This document shows, in pieces, positions 1 to 9,058 of a DNA stretch of 64,000 nucleotides. The DNA lies in contig JAPLLX010000007.1 of NCBI GenBank assembly GCA_026387335.1, positions 243-64,242 on the forward strand, written 5' to 3'. Source of the stretch: Candidatus Omnitrophota bacterium. Its GTDB lineage: Bacteria > Omnitrophota > Gorgyraeia > Gygaellales > Profunditerraquicolaceae. The notes beneath the pieces were generated by a model that worked only from the letters and a program-made list of their open reading frames with translations, had not been told where the DNA came from and ran no database searches. A program made the translations under genes and the position numbers. Positions within the stretch are counted from its first letter, which is position 1; the number at the start of each line of letters is the position of its first letter.

Positions 1-755
1 CTTATCCGGGGTTCCTGCAATCAATAGATCCCCGCGTCAAAACCGCTACCTTTTTATTACTTTGTATCGCGGTCTTAATCGCGCGCAATATATACCTGCT
101 GATTTTCCTGTATCTGTTCTGTCTATCTCTTGCCTGCGTTTCCAGGGTTAGCTTAAGATTTTTTATAAAAAGGACCTGGGTTTTTATACCGCTTTTTTCT
201 CTTCTTATCGCTATCCCGGCGTTGTTTAGTTTTATCAGCCCCGGTGAGCCGCTTTTTAGTTTTAAGCTATTCGGTTTAGGGCTGGTGATCACGCGTCCGG
301 GCCTTGCCGGCGCTGTTTTGTTTGTAGCCAGAGTCGCTACTTCAGTATCATTGGTAATTTTGCTTGGGCTAACTACCAGACACGCTACTCTGCTGAGGGT
401 TTTACGCGTTTTTAAGGTGCCGCAGATCTTTGTTATGGTCCTGGGGATGACTTACAGGTATATCTATCTCTTTACCGAGATTGTGGAGCATACGTATCTG
501 GCCATCAAAAGCCGCACCGGCGGGCTCATTCATTATAAAAAAGGCCAGTCAATAGTAGCCTGGAGTATCGCGAATCTCTGGCAAAGGTCTTTTAAGCTCA
601 ATGAAGATGTTTATGGCGCTATGCTTTCCCGCGGCTATACAGGAGAACCGGTTTTATTGGAGGGTTTTAGGAGCTCTCTTAAAGACTGGGTTTGGTTTTG
701 TTCAGTGGCAATAATATTTGTTTTCATAATTCTCTCTAAAATATGGATGAGTTGA
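1..755 (+). CDS. cbiQ: ECF/cobalt transporter transmembrane component CbiQ/EcfT (5' partial; frame is open to the window start)
   Basis: The frame containing ORF 222..755 has no stop back to position 3. The hydrophobic CbiQ-like sequence is followed immediately by an ABC ATPase. Confidence 0.55.
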   Translation, partial: YPGFLQSIDPRVKTATFLLLCIAVLIARNIYLLIFLYLFCLSLACVSRVSLRFFIKRTWVFIPLFSLLIAIPALFSFISPGEPLFSFKLFGLGLVITRPGLAGAVLFVARVATSVSLVILLGLTTRHATLLRVLRVFKVPQIFVMVLGMTYRYIYLFTEIVEHTYLAIKSRTGGLIHYKKGQSIVAWSIANLWQRSFKLNEDVYGAMLSRGYTGEPVLLEGFRSSLKDWVWFCSVAIIFVFIILSKIWMS

Positions 756-1555
756 TTTTTAAGCTAAATAACGTGCATTTTTCCTATCTTCATAAATATC
801 CTGCTTTGTGCGGGATAGATATGGAGATCAGCAAGGGAGAGAAGATAGCGATTCTTGGCGCGAACGGCTCAGGAAAGTCCACACTTTTACAGCTTTTGGA
901 TGCCCTTATTTTCCCTCATAAAGGGAGGGTGGAGGCATTCGGCCGGGAATTAAATGAGACGGATTTTAACGCCGCTTCTTTTTGCCGGGATTTTAGGAGT
1001 AAAGTGGGCTTAGTCTTTCAAAATCCGGATATTCAACTTTTTTGTTCTACGGTAAAAGAGGATATTTTATTCGGGCCGCTGCAGCTTGGGTTGGATAGGC
1101 TCAGGATTAAGCAGAAGATGGATGCAATCGTTGAAGACCTAGGGATAGCGGATTTACTGGAGCGCTCTCCGCATCAGTTAAGCGTAGGCGAGAAACGCAA
1201 AGTTTCCATAGCAACTATTTTGATTATCGAGCCGGAGGTTATTCTTTTGGATGAGCCGACAGCCGGGCTTGATCCGCAGACCGCCAGGCACATTATGGAT
1301 ATTATTATCGAAGCTAATGCGTCCGGAAAAACCATAATTACCGCTACTCATGATTTGCATATTGTGGAAGAGATAGCCGATACCGCTTATATTTTAAACC
1401 GCCAAAAGCAGATAGCTAAGCGCGGTCCGGTGGGAGAGCTGTTATTAGATGAAGAATTACTGAAAAGCCATAATCTTACGCATATACATAAACACAGGCA
1501 TAAAGATGAAGTGCATATACATCCGCATCAGCATATAGACCATCATCAGCATTAA
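743..1555 (+). CDS. cbiO: ECF/cobalt ABC transporter ATPase (CbiO/EcfA) with His-rich C-terminal tail
   Basis: Walker A GANGSGKST, ABC signature LSVGEKRK, Walker B ILLDEP. The C-terminus reads HIHKHRHKDEVHIHPHQHIDHHQH. Confidence 0.75.
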   Translation: MDELIFKLNNVHFSYLHKYPALCGIDMEISKGEKIAILGANGSGKSTLLQLLDALIFPHKGRVEAFGRELNETDFNAASFCRDFRSKVGLVFQNPDIQLFCSTVKEDILFGPLQLGLDRLRIKQKMDAIVEDLGIADLLERSPHQLSVGEKRKVSIATILIIEPEVILLDEPTAGLDPQTARHIMDIIIEANASGKTIITATHDLHIVEEIADTAYILNRQKQIAKRGPVGELLLDEELLKSHNLTHIHKHRHKDEVHIHPHQHIDHHQH

Positions 1556-1598
1556 CTTGGTAATTTTAAGTTGAATTATTAAAACAAAGTGCTAAATT

Positions 1599-2780
1599 AT
1601 GGGTAATATGAAGAAAATAATATTTACAGTTACCATTCTTTTCTGTCTGCCTATATTTATAAATCTAAGTAAGGCATATGGCGATGACACACATACATTG
1701 ATGGTTTTTCATTCGCCAAGCTGTCACAGGTGTATTGAGGTTAAAAAGGATATTCTGCCTGCAATTGAAAAAGAATTTAAGGGTAGGATCCAGATAAAAT
1801 ATTACGATATTACGGATATTAATAATTACGCGTTAGTCTTCGGGCTTAAGGATAAATACAATAAGGATTTTGAGCTTACCCTGCCGGTATTTTTTATCAA
1901 TGGCCGCTTAATTAATGGCCAGGGCGATGTAAAAAGCAATCTTAAATTAGCTATTGACGTTTCTTTGGGAGAGGCCCGTAGGGAGGAAGGAGCGTTGAGA
2001 GTGGATTTAGCCAGTCGCTTCAGTAGTTTTAAACCTTTGGCTATTGCCGGCGCCGGCCTTACCGACGGGATTAATCCCTGCGCGTTTACGGTTATAGTGT
2101 TCTTTATTTCATATCTGGCGCTTCAGGGATACAAAAAGTTAGAACTTATTATCATAGGGCTTTCTTTTATATTCGCTGTTTTTTGCACGTATTTATTGAT
2201 CGGCCTGGGGATTTTTAATTTCCTTTACCAACTTGAGGGTTTTTGGATCCTGGCTAAAGTTTTTAATATTTCAATCGGGATATTCAGTTTAATATTAGGG
2301 GGACTGGCCCTTTACGATTTAATAAAGTTTAGCAAGACTAAAAGCTCGGATGGTCTGCTCCTGCAATTGCCGCAGGCCCTAAAGAATCAGATACATTCCA
2401 TAATCGGGATGCATTACCGTAAGCCTAAAGAGGCCGCTACAAAAAAGAACGCCTTGTTTAGGTTCGCCAGGTTAGTTTTAAGCGCGCTTATTACGGGATT
2501 TTTAGTTTCTATTTTAGAGGCAGTTTGCACCGGCCAGCTTTATCTGCCGACGATCACCTTTATTCTAAAGACTGACACATTTAAGCTAAAAGCGTTTACC
2601 TACCTGTTAATTTATAATATTATGTTTATTATACCGCTAGTCATAATATTTCTTTTGGCGCTCTGCGGAGTTACTTCGCAGCAGTTCGCTCAATTTATCA
2701 GGAAGCATATGGTGGGCATAAAATTGCTCATGGCGGTTGTATTTATCAGTTTAGGCGTATTATTAGTCTGGAGGGGATAG
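1599..2780 (+). CDS. Thioredoxin-fold (CxxC) domain fused to DsbD/CcdA-like polytopic membrane domain
   Basis: Signal/TM segment, then SPSCHRC (CxxC), then multi-TM region with conserved Cys in GINPCAF and CTGQLYLP. Confidence 0.45.
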   Translation: MGNMKKIIFTVTILFCLPIFINLSKAYGDDTHTLMVFHSPSCHRCIEVKKDILPAIEKEFKGRIQIKYYDITDINNYALVFGLKDKYNKDFELTLPVFFINGRLINGQGDVKSNLKLAIDVSLGEARREEGALRVDLASRFSSFKPLAIAGAGLTDGINPCAFTVIVFFISYLALQGYKKLELIIIGLSFIFAVFCTYLLIGLGIFNFLYQLEGFWILAKVFNISIGIFSLILGGLALYDLIKFSKTKSSDGLLLQLPQALKNQIHSIIGMHYRKPKEAATKKNALFRFARLVLSALITGFLVSILEAVCTGQLYLPTITFILKTDTFKLKAFTYLLIYNIMFIIPLVIIFLLALCGVTSQQFAQFIRKHMVGIKLLMAVVFISLGVLLVWRG

Positions 2781-3145
2781 TGCTTAAATCCTTCTTTATA
2801 TTTATTATTTTAGCGGCTGTTTTGTCTGTATGTCAGGCAGAAGATCCTTACGCCTGGGATTTTGGTCAGGTTAAGCCCGGGGAGGTTGTTACCCACGATT
2901 TTATATTCAAGAATGAGACAGGTAAGGAGCTGAAGATAAAAGATACAAATACATCCTGCGGCTGCACTGTTTCAGCGGTTGAAAAGAAAACTCTCCTGCC
3001 GGGGGAATCTACTAAGATCAGCGTTAAATTTAATTCCCAAGGCTATTCAGGCGCTGTGCAGCAGTTTATCTATGTCAACACGGATAATCTTGACAACCCA
3101 GTCATTAGGTTTATAATTAAAGCTAACGTAGCTAATAATAAATAA
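2780..3145 (+). CDS. Secreted DUF1573-family protein
   Basis: Signal peptide. WDFGQVKPGE...FKNETGKELKI...SCGCT...LPGESTKISVKF pattern typical of DUF1573. Confidence 0.5.
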   Translation: MLKSFFIFIILAAVLSVCQAEDPYAWDFGQVKPGEVVTHDFIFKNETGKELKIKDTNTSCGCTVSAVEKKTLLPGESTKISVKFNSQGYSGAVQQFIYVNTDNLDNPVIRFIIKANVANNK

Positions 3146-3298
3146 AACTTTAACATAAAAATACCAATTACCAAATCCCAATGACGAATGAATGATTTAA
3201 ATCCCAATTCCCAATTGGGACATTGGATAATTGTGATTTCATTTGACATTGGAACTTGGACATTGGGAATTAATATGTTTATGAGGAGGTAAATTACA
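3146..3298. repeat. Repeat-rich intergenic region upstream of htpX (CCCAAT / GACATTGG / TTGGGA motifs, palindrome CCCAATTGGG)
   Basis: Direct reading: atcccaattcccaattgggacattgg...gacattggaacttggacattgggaatt. Confidence 0.4.
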
Positions 3299-4261
3299 AT
3301 GTGGTCCTTACAATTAAGGATGTGGTTATTAGTGACAATTCTTTTCGGTTTTATCTACGCGCTTATTGTTGTCGTCGGAAGAACATTCCTGCACGTAGGG
3401 GATTTCAGTTTCTACCTGATTATTTCTCTTGTCCTTATGTTTGTGCAGTATATGATCGGGCCAAAGATCGTGGAATGGACGATGCGCGTTAAGTATATTA
3501 AAAGGCAGGACAACCCCAGATTATTCCAGATGGTAGAGAATTTAGCCAACCGGGCAAATATCCCCACGCCTAAAATCGGAATAGCCCAGATAGAAATCCC
3601 TAATGCTTTTGCTTTTGGCAGGAGTATAGGCGATGGAAGGGTTTGCGTTACGCAGGGTATTTTAGGTTTATTAAGCGATGAAGAATTAAGGGCGGTCTTG
3701 GGTCATGAGCTAAGCCATTTAAAGAACAGGGATGTTTTAACCATAACCCTGCTTTCGGTGATTCCTATGATTATGTACAGGATTGCCTGGCAATTTCTTT
3801 TTTACGGCCGCCGGCGCGACGAAAGGGGAGGAAATACCGTATTAATCGGTTTGGCAGCTTTCGTTTTTTATTTTATTACCAACCTTTTAGTGCTTTATGC
3901 TTCGCGTATCCGCGAATATTTCGCGGATAGGGGCTCTGTGGCTTTAGGTAATCGGCCCTCGGCGCTGGCCTCTAGCCTTTATAAGCTTGTTTACGGGTCT
4001 GCCCGTATGAGTCCGGAGGCGCTCAAGGAATCAGAAGGCCTGAAGGCATTTTTTGTAAATGATCCTTCGCAGGCAAGGAATGAAATCAGGGAATTGGCCC
4101 AACTAGACCTTGATAAAAGCGGGACTATTGACCCTGCGGAGTTAGATATATTAAGAAATAAGGATATACGCTTAAGTTTAGGGGATAAATTAATGGAATT
4201 GCTAAGTACGCATCCTAATATGCTTAAGCGCATCAAGAGGCTTTCGGAGCACAAGGCGTAA
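3299..4261 (+). CDS. htpX: M48 zinc metalloprotease HtpX with C-terminal extension
   Basis: HExxH as LGHELSHLKNRD, N-terminal TM helices, SD aggagg before ATG. Confidence 0.85.
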   Translation: MWSLQLRMWLLVTILFGFIYALIVVVGRTFLHVGDFSFYLIISLVLMFVQYMIGPKIVEWTMRVKYIKRQDNPRLFQMVENLANRANIPTPKIGIAQIEIPNAFAFGRSIGDGRVCVTQGILGLLSDEELRAVLGHELSHLKNRDVLTITLLSVIPMIMYRIAWQFLFYGRRRDERGGNTVLIGLAAFVFYFITNLLVLYASRIREYFADRGSVALGNRPSALASSLYKLVYGSARMSPEALKESEGLKAFFVNDPSQARNEIRELAQLDLDKSGTIDPAELDILRNKDIRLSLGDKLMELLSTHPNMLKRIKRLSEHKA

Positions 4262-4271
4262 CTTTCTAACG

Positions 4272-4320
4272 TTAGGGACGGTTCTATTCGTATAGCCTAA
4301 AGCAATAGAACCGTCCCTTT
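4272..4320 (+). terminator. Hairpin AGGGACGGTTCTATT-N14-AATAGAACCGTCCCT followed by T-rich tract (htpX terminator; member of a repeated hairpin family)
   Basis: Perfect 15-bp inverted repeat read directly. Shares the GGGACGGTTCT stem with 26161..26233. Confidence 0.5.
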
Positions 4321-4323
4321 CTA

Positions 4324-4352
4324 TTGACATAACCCCAATTCCACTATATAAT
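4324..4352 (+). promoter_or_regulatory. Consensus sigma70-like promoter TTGACA-N17-TATAAT; -10 ends 9 nt before lysS ATG (leaderless)
   Basis: ttgacat aaccccaattccacta tataat, ATG at 4362, no SD. Confidence 0.5.
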
Positions 4353-4361
4353 TATAAAACT

Positions 4362-5813
4362 ATGGAGTTGAACGAACTTATCCAACAAAGAAAGGCTAAA
4401 GCCGAAGCGCTTAAAGCCAAAGGGGTTGTTTTATACCCTAGCCAAAGCTCTAAATATGTGAGCATAGGCCAGGTTTTGGTTGATTTTAAGGAAGGCCAGA
4501 AATTAGCCTTTTGCGGCCGCATTACTGCCAAACGTTCGCACGGAAAAGCCGCGTTTTTAGACTTAAGGGATTCAACCGGAAAGATTCAGCTTTATATCAA
4601 AAAGGATATCGTAGGAGAAGATAACTTTTTTATCTTCGAGAATATCGATATTGCTGATTTTGTCGAGGTAACCGGCGAACTTTTTAAGACGCATACCGGT
4701 GAGCCTACGCTTAAAGTAGAAGCAATGAAGGTTCTGGCCAAAGCTTTAAGGCCGCTTCCTGAAAAATGGCATGGCCTGCGGGATGTCGATATCCGCTACC
4801 GGCAGCGTTATCTGGATTTGATTGCGAATGAAGATGTAGCTAAAGTATTCCAGCAGCGTTCAAAAATAATTAAAGCGATCCGGGATTTTCTCGACGCCAA
4901 AGGCTTTCTAGAGGTAGAGACTCCGATGATGCATTCTATTCCGGGGGGTGCCGCCGGCAGGCCGTTTAAGACCTATCACAATGAATATAGTATGGATTTA
5001 TTCTTGAGGATTGCTCCGGAGCTCTATTTAAAACGGCTTTTAGTTGGAGGCTTGGACCGGGTTTACGAGATCAACCGCTCTTTCCGCAATGAAGGCGTAT
5101 CTACCCGGCATAACCCTGAGTTTACGATGTTGGAAGTTTACCAGGCTTATTCTGATTACGCCGGGATGATGCATTTAGCTGAAAGTTTAATAGTAACTTT
5201 AGCGCAAGGCATTTGCGGTAAAACGATTATCAATTATCAGGGTAAGGAGCTGGATTTTACTCCTCCCTGGAAGCGGATTTCTTTTAAAGAATTGGTCAAG
5301 AATGAATTTGGCATTGTTCCTGAGGATGACGCAGCCCAAATGCTCAAAAAGCTTAAAGCCAAAGGTTTTGCCAAAGAGGTAAATAAGCTTTCGCGCACGC
5401 AGATCGCCAAGATCATCGAGGAGGTTCTCGAAGGGCAGATGAGTTTAAATCCTACTTTCGTTACGGATTATTTCAGCAGCATGTGCCCGTTAGCTAAGAG
5501 TAAGTTGGACGAACCCCTAGTCTCGGAGAGGTTTGAATTATATATAGCCGGAATGGAAGTCGGCAATGCCTACTCCGAGTTAAATGATCCCCTTGAGCAG
5601 AGGGCTCGCTTTGAAGATGAGATTAAAGAGCTTGTAACTGCTGAACAGAAGAATATTGACGATGATTATTGCCTGGCGCTTGAGCACGGTATGCCTCCGG
5701 CAGGCGGGTTGGGTATCGGCATAGACCGGCTGGTAATGCTTTTAACCGATCAACCTTCAATCAGGGATGTAATTTTGTTCCCTCTTTTACGTTCGGAGCA
5801 AGAAGATAAATAG
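4362..5813 (+). CDS. lysS: Lysyl-tRNA synthetase (class II)
   Basis: OB-fold N-terminus, class II motifs (FRNEG, GGLGIGIDR). Confidence 0.95.
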   Translation: MELNELIQQRKAKAEALKAKGVVLYPSQSSKYVSIGQVLVDFKEGQKLAFCGRITAKRSHGKAAFLDLRDSTGKIQLYIKKDIVGEDNFFIFENIDIADFVEVTGELFKTHTGEPTLKVEAMKVLAKALRPLPEKWHGLRDVDIRYRQRYLDLIANEDVAKVFQQRSKIIKAIRDFLDAKGFLEVETPMMHSIPGGAAGRPFKTYHNEYSMDLFLRIAPELYLKRLLVGGLDRVYEINRSFRNEGVSTRHNPEFTMLEVYQAYSDYAGMMHLAESLIVTLAQGICGKTIINYQGKELDFTPPWKRISFKELVKNEFGIVPEDDAAQMLKKLKAKGFAKEVNKLSRTQIAKIIEEVLEGQMSLNPTFVTDYFSSMCPLAKSKLDEPLVSERFELYIAGMEVGNAYSELNDPLEQRARFEDEIKELVTAEQKNIDDDYCLALEHGMPPAGGLGIGIDRLVMLLTDQPSIRDVILFPLLRSEQEDK

Positions 5814-5814
5814 A

Positions 5815-7005
5815 ATGAACTCAGAGTTAATGATAAGCTGGCGGTATTTGACCACTAAGAGAAAAGAAAAATTCATCTCTCTTATCAGTATCATCTCAAT
5901 TTTGGGGATAGCTATAGGAGTGATGGCTTTAATCATAGTTATCGCGGTTATGTCGGGTTTTGATAAGGACCTGCACGATAAGATAATCGGAAATTATTCA
6001 CACATTAATTTGACCGCTTTTAAGGCGATAGGGGATAGTGAATACGCGGTTATCGCCAAAAGCGTTTCCGCTAATCCGCACGTTATCGGAATAAGCCCTT
6101 ATATACAGGGACAGGTCTTATTGAAAGATAATAACCGCTATTTTGCCGTAGGATTAAAAGGGATCAACCCCGCGGCGGAAAGCAAAGTCACTAAAGTCAG
6201 GGAATATATAAAGCAGGGCAGTATTGATAATTTAGCGGAAGGCTCGATTATCGTCGGTAAAGAGTTAGCCGGATATTTAGGTTTAGAATTAAATTCTAAC
6301 CTTTCTCTGCAGTCGCCTTTAGGCAAACAATATACCCTGAAGGTCGCCGGGATCTTCAGTTCCGGGATGTATGATTACGACCTTAACCTGGTGTTTACGA
6401 ACTTAAAAACCGCGCAGGATATTTTTGGGCTGAATAACCAGATAACCAGCGTGGCCCTGAAACTGGATAATCCGGATTTAGCGGCTCAAATCAGGCAGGA
6501 ACTGGCTTTGGCATTAGGTTATAATTATAACCTAAAGACCTGGATGGAGGCGAACCAGAATTTCTTTGCGGCCTTAAAATTAGAAAAACTGACTATGTTT
6601 ATAATCTTGACTCTAATCATATTAGTCGCTTCATTTAATATCATCAGTACTCTCATAGTCATGGTGGTCGAGAAAACAAAAGATATCGGCGTATTAAGGG
6701 CGCTGGGGATGAGCGCTTTGAGCATAAGAAAGATATTTACTTATCAGGGTTTAATAATCGGGTCATTAGGGACATTGCTGGGGTCTTTTAGCGGAATACT
6801 TATATGTTTTTTGCTTAAAAAGTACCAATTTATAAAATTACCGCAGGATATATATTATATTGACCGCTTGCCTGTGATCATCCAGATTTGGCCGGATATG
6901 GTTTTAATCGTTGTGTCGGCTTTAGTCATAATTTTAGTGGCGACCATATATCCGGCGTCCCGGGCCAGCCGTTTAAAACCGGTAGAGGCATTAAGGTACG
7001 AATAG
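5815..7005 (+). CDS. lolC: Lipoprotein-releasing system permease LolC/LolE (FtsX/MacB family)
   Basis: N-terminal TM, periplasmic domain, C-terminal 3 TM, followed by LolD-type ATPase. Confidence 0.8.
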   Translation: MNSELMISWRYLTTKRKEKFISLISIISILGIAIGVMALIIVIAVMSGFDKDLHDKIIGNYSHINLTAFKAIGDSEYAVIAKSVSANPHVIGISPYIQGQVLLKDNNRYFAVGLKGINPAAESKVTKVREYIKQGSIDNLAEGSIIVGKELAGYLGLELNSNLSLQSPLGKQYTLKVAGIFSSGMYDYDLNLVFTNLKTAQDIFGLNNQITSVALKLDNPDLAAQIRQELALALGYNYNLKTWMEANQNFFAALKLEKLTMFIILTLIILVASFNIISTLIVMVVEKTKDIGVLRALGMSALSIRKIFTYQGLIIGSLGTLLGSFSGILICFLLKKYQFIKLPQDIYYIDRLPVIIQIWPDMVLIVVSALVIILVATIYPASRASRLKPVEALRYE

Positions 7006-7013
7006 GGATAGAT

Positions 7014-7676
7014 TTGTTAGAAGCTAAAAATATACATAAAGTTTATAATGACGGCAAGCGCGATCTTCCGGTCTTAAAAGGCGTAAACTTAAAGATTGAA
7101 GAAGGCGCCTTTATTGCCATTGTCGGCCCGTCAGGCGCAGGTAAGTCCACTTTATTGCATATATTGGGCGGCCTGGATTCTCCTACGCAGGGAGAAGTCG
7201 TTTTGGGCCAAGAAGATATTTATAAGCTTAGCGATGTAGAGCTTTCACGCATAAGAAATGAAAGAATAGGGTTTGTCTTTCAATTTTATCACCTGTTGGG
7301 CGAATTGTCGGTTTTAGAAAATGTCCTTATGCCTGCCTGGATAAGGGCAAAAGCCTCAGGTGATATAAACGCAAGGGCGCTTAAACTTATTGCTCAGGTA
7401 AATTTAACTGAAAGGCTAACGCATTTACCCGCGCAATTATCCGGCGGAGAAAAACAGAGAGTGGCTATCGCGCGCGGCTTGATGAATAAACCCAGCCTGC
7501 TTTTCTGCGATGAGCCGACAGGTAATCTTGATTCCAAGACGGGTACGGAGATCATTGCTTTAATAAAGAAAGCCAGCTTGGAAGATAAAATGACGGTGGT
7601 TTTAGTAACGCATAACGTGGAATTGACTAAAATTGCGGACAAGGTCTATAATTTAAAAGACGGAGTGTTAATTTAG
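7014..7676 (+). CDS. lolD: Lipoprotein-releasing ABC ATPase LolD (probable TTG start; listed ORF start 6888 overlaps lolC)
   Basis: Walker A GPSGAGKST, LSGGEKQR, CDEPTGNLD. TTG at 7014 begins LLEAKNIHKVY. Confidence 0.8.
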   Translation: MLEAKNIHKVYNDGKRDLPVLKGVNLKIEEGAFIAIVGPSGAGKSTLLHILGGLDSPTQGEVVLGQEDIYKLSDVELSRIRNERIGFVFQFYHLLGELSVLENVLMPAWIRAKASGDINARALKLIAQVNLTERLTHLPAQLSGGEKQRVAIARGLMNKPSLLFCDEPTGNLDSKTGTEIIALIKKASLEDKMTVVLVTHNVELTKIADKVYNLKDGVLI

Positions 7677-7684
7677 GAGGTAAA

Positions 7685-8554
7685 ATGAAAATTTATATCA
7701 ACGGGAAATTTTACGAAAAGAACGAAGCAAAAGTATCTGTGTTTGACCATGGCCTGCTTTACGGTGACGGAGTATTTGAAGGGATCCGTTCGTATAACCG
7801 CCTGGTTTTTAAATTAAGGGAGCATATTGACCGGTTATTTGAGTCAGCCAAGAGTATTATGCTTAATATCCCTCTTTCTAAAGAAGAATTGATCAAGGCA
7901 ACCGTTCTTACGCTAAAGAAGAATAACCTTAAGGATTCCTATATCCGCCTGGTGGTTACGCGCGGAGAAGGGGACTTAGGACTTGACCCGCGTAAATGCA
8001 ACGGTAACGCGACAATTATTATCATTACCGATAAAATCAACTTATATCCGGATAAATTTTATAAACAAGGCCTAAAGATTATTACTGTGCCGACGATCCG
8101 GAATCTGCCGGAGGCGTTAAACCCCCAGATCAAGTCTTTAAATTACCTCAATAATATTTTAGCCAAGATTGAGGCGACCAACGCCGGCTGCGATGAAGCG
8201 ATCATGCTGGATTCTTTAGGTTATGTGGCTGAATGCACCGGGGACAATATTTTTATTGTGAAAGATAAACATCTTTATACGCCTCCGCAATGCATGGGCA
8301 CGCTTAGAGGCATTACTCGCGACGCGGTTTTAGAAATCGCCCGCAAGGAGAAAACTCCGGCGCACGAACATGTGATTACGCGCCATGAAGTTTATATCTC
8401 CGATGAGTGTTTTCTTACCGGAACAGCCGCGGAGATCGTCCCCGTGGTCATGGTAGACGGAAGGGTGATTGGCGATGGTAAACCCGGAAAAGTGACCTCA
8501 GCGCTTTTAAAGAAATTCCGGGAACTCACTAAGAAAGAAGGGGTTAAATATTAA
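7685..8554 (+). CDS. ilvE: Branched-chain amino acid / D-amino acid aminotransferase (class IV)
   Basis: FEGIRSY motif and fold-type IV PLP pattern. Confidence 0.8.
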   Translation: MKIYINGKFYEKNEAKVSVFDHGLLYGDGVFEGIRSYNRLVFKLREHIDRLFESAKSIMLNIPLSKEELIKATVLTLKKNNLKDSYIRLVVTRGEGDLGLDPRKCNGNATIIIITDKINLYPDKFYKQGLKIITVPTIRNLPEALNPQIKSLNYLNNILAKIEATNAGCDEAIMLDSLGYVAECTGDNIFIVKDKHLYTPPQCMGTLRGITRDAVLEIARKEKTPAHEHVITRHEVYISDECFLTGTAAEIVPVVMVDGRVIGDGKPGKVTSALLKKFRELTKKEGVKY

Positions 8555-8555
8555 T

Positions 8556-9056
8556 ATGCTTTGCGATATTTGCGGTAAGAATCCGGCAACCGTGCATCTG
8601 ACCGAGATCCTTAATGACCAGATGACTGAGCTGCACCTGTGTGAAGAATGCGCCAAGCAAAAGAGTATGGCGATGGAGCAGCAGTTTGGCTTAAGCGACC
8701 TTTTGGCCGGTATGGCTGATTCTGATAAACAGGGCAACGAATCCGAGGCCCTGAAAAACCTTAAGTGCCCTAACTGCGGCCTGACCTACGCTGACTTTAA
8801 GAAAATAGGCAGGCTGGGTTGCAGCGCCTGTTACAATACTTTCAGCAGATATCTTGGACCTTTATTGAAACGGATCCATGGCTCAACGCAGCACACAGGA
8901 AAATCTCCGCTTAAAGTGACCAAGGCCTTGAAGAAAGAGATAGGCGTACAGGTATTACGTAACCAACTGCAAAAAGCGATCCAGGCCGAGGCGTTTGAAG
9001 AAGCAGCCAAGTTACGCGACCAGATAAAGGAAGCCGAGAAGAAAGAAGAGAAATAA
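8556..9056 (+). CDS. mcsA: Protein-arginine kinase activator McsA (zinc-ribbon + UVR domain)
   Basis: CDICG...CEEC, CPNCG...CSAC, C-terminal UVR EEAAKLRDQIKE. Confidence 0.8.
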   Translation: MLCDICGKNPATVHLTEILNDQMTELHLCEECAKQKSMAMEQQFGLSDLLAGMADSDKQGNESEALKNLKCPNCGLTYADFKKIGRLGCSACYNTFSRYLGPLLKRIHGSTQHTGKSPLKVTKALKKEIGVQVLRNQLQKAIQAEAFEEAAKLRDQIKEAEKKEEK

Positions 9057-9058
9057 AT

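Noticed and set aside
2-292. Minus-strand 96-aa ORF at the window start
   Set aside because: It lies antisense to the cbiQ reading frame, which is open to the window edge, and has no recognisable motifs. I treat it as a spurious antisense ORF.
3301-3492. 63-aa + ORF nested in htpX in another frame. Similar nested or antisense ORFs occur at 1178, 3991, 6138, 6525, 7394, 8507, 9250, 9623, 9715, 10428-12479, 13585, 14834, 15680, 16618, 19891, 22333, 22707, 23993, 25597, 26139, 26829, 27039, 27622, 29023, 30188, 31038, 31670, 33056, 34094, 34520, 37474, 39895, 40718, 41115, 41540-43811, 44811, 45078, 45341, 45785, 47554, 48536, 48910, 50020, 50960, 52189, 52586, 54291, 54990, 56715, 56995, 57453, 59578, 61241, 62351 and 63503.
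   Set aside because: All are embedded in, or antisense to, well-supported genes and show no motif support. They are typical shadow ORFs of an AT-rich genome.
4262-4361. T-box or other riboswitch leaders upstream of lysS, cysS and metG
   Set aside because: The intergenic spaces are 0-100 nt, and the promoters sit directly at the start codons. There is no room for a ~250-nt T-box leader.
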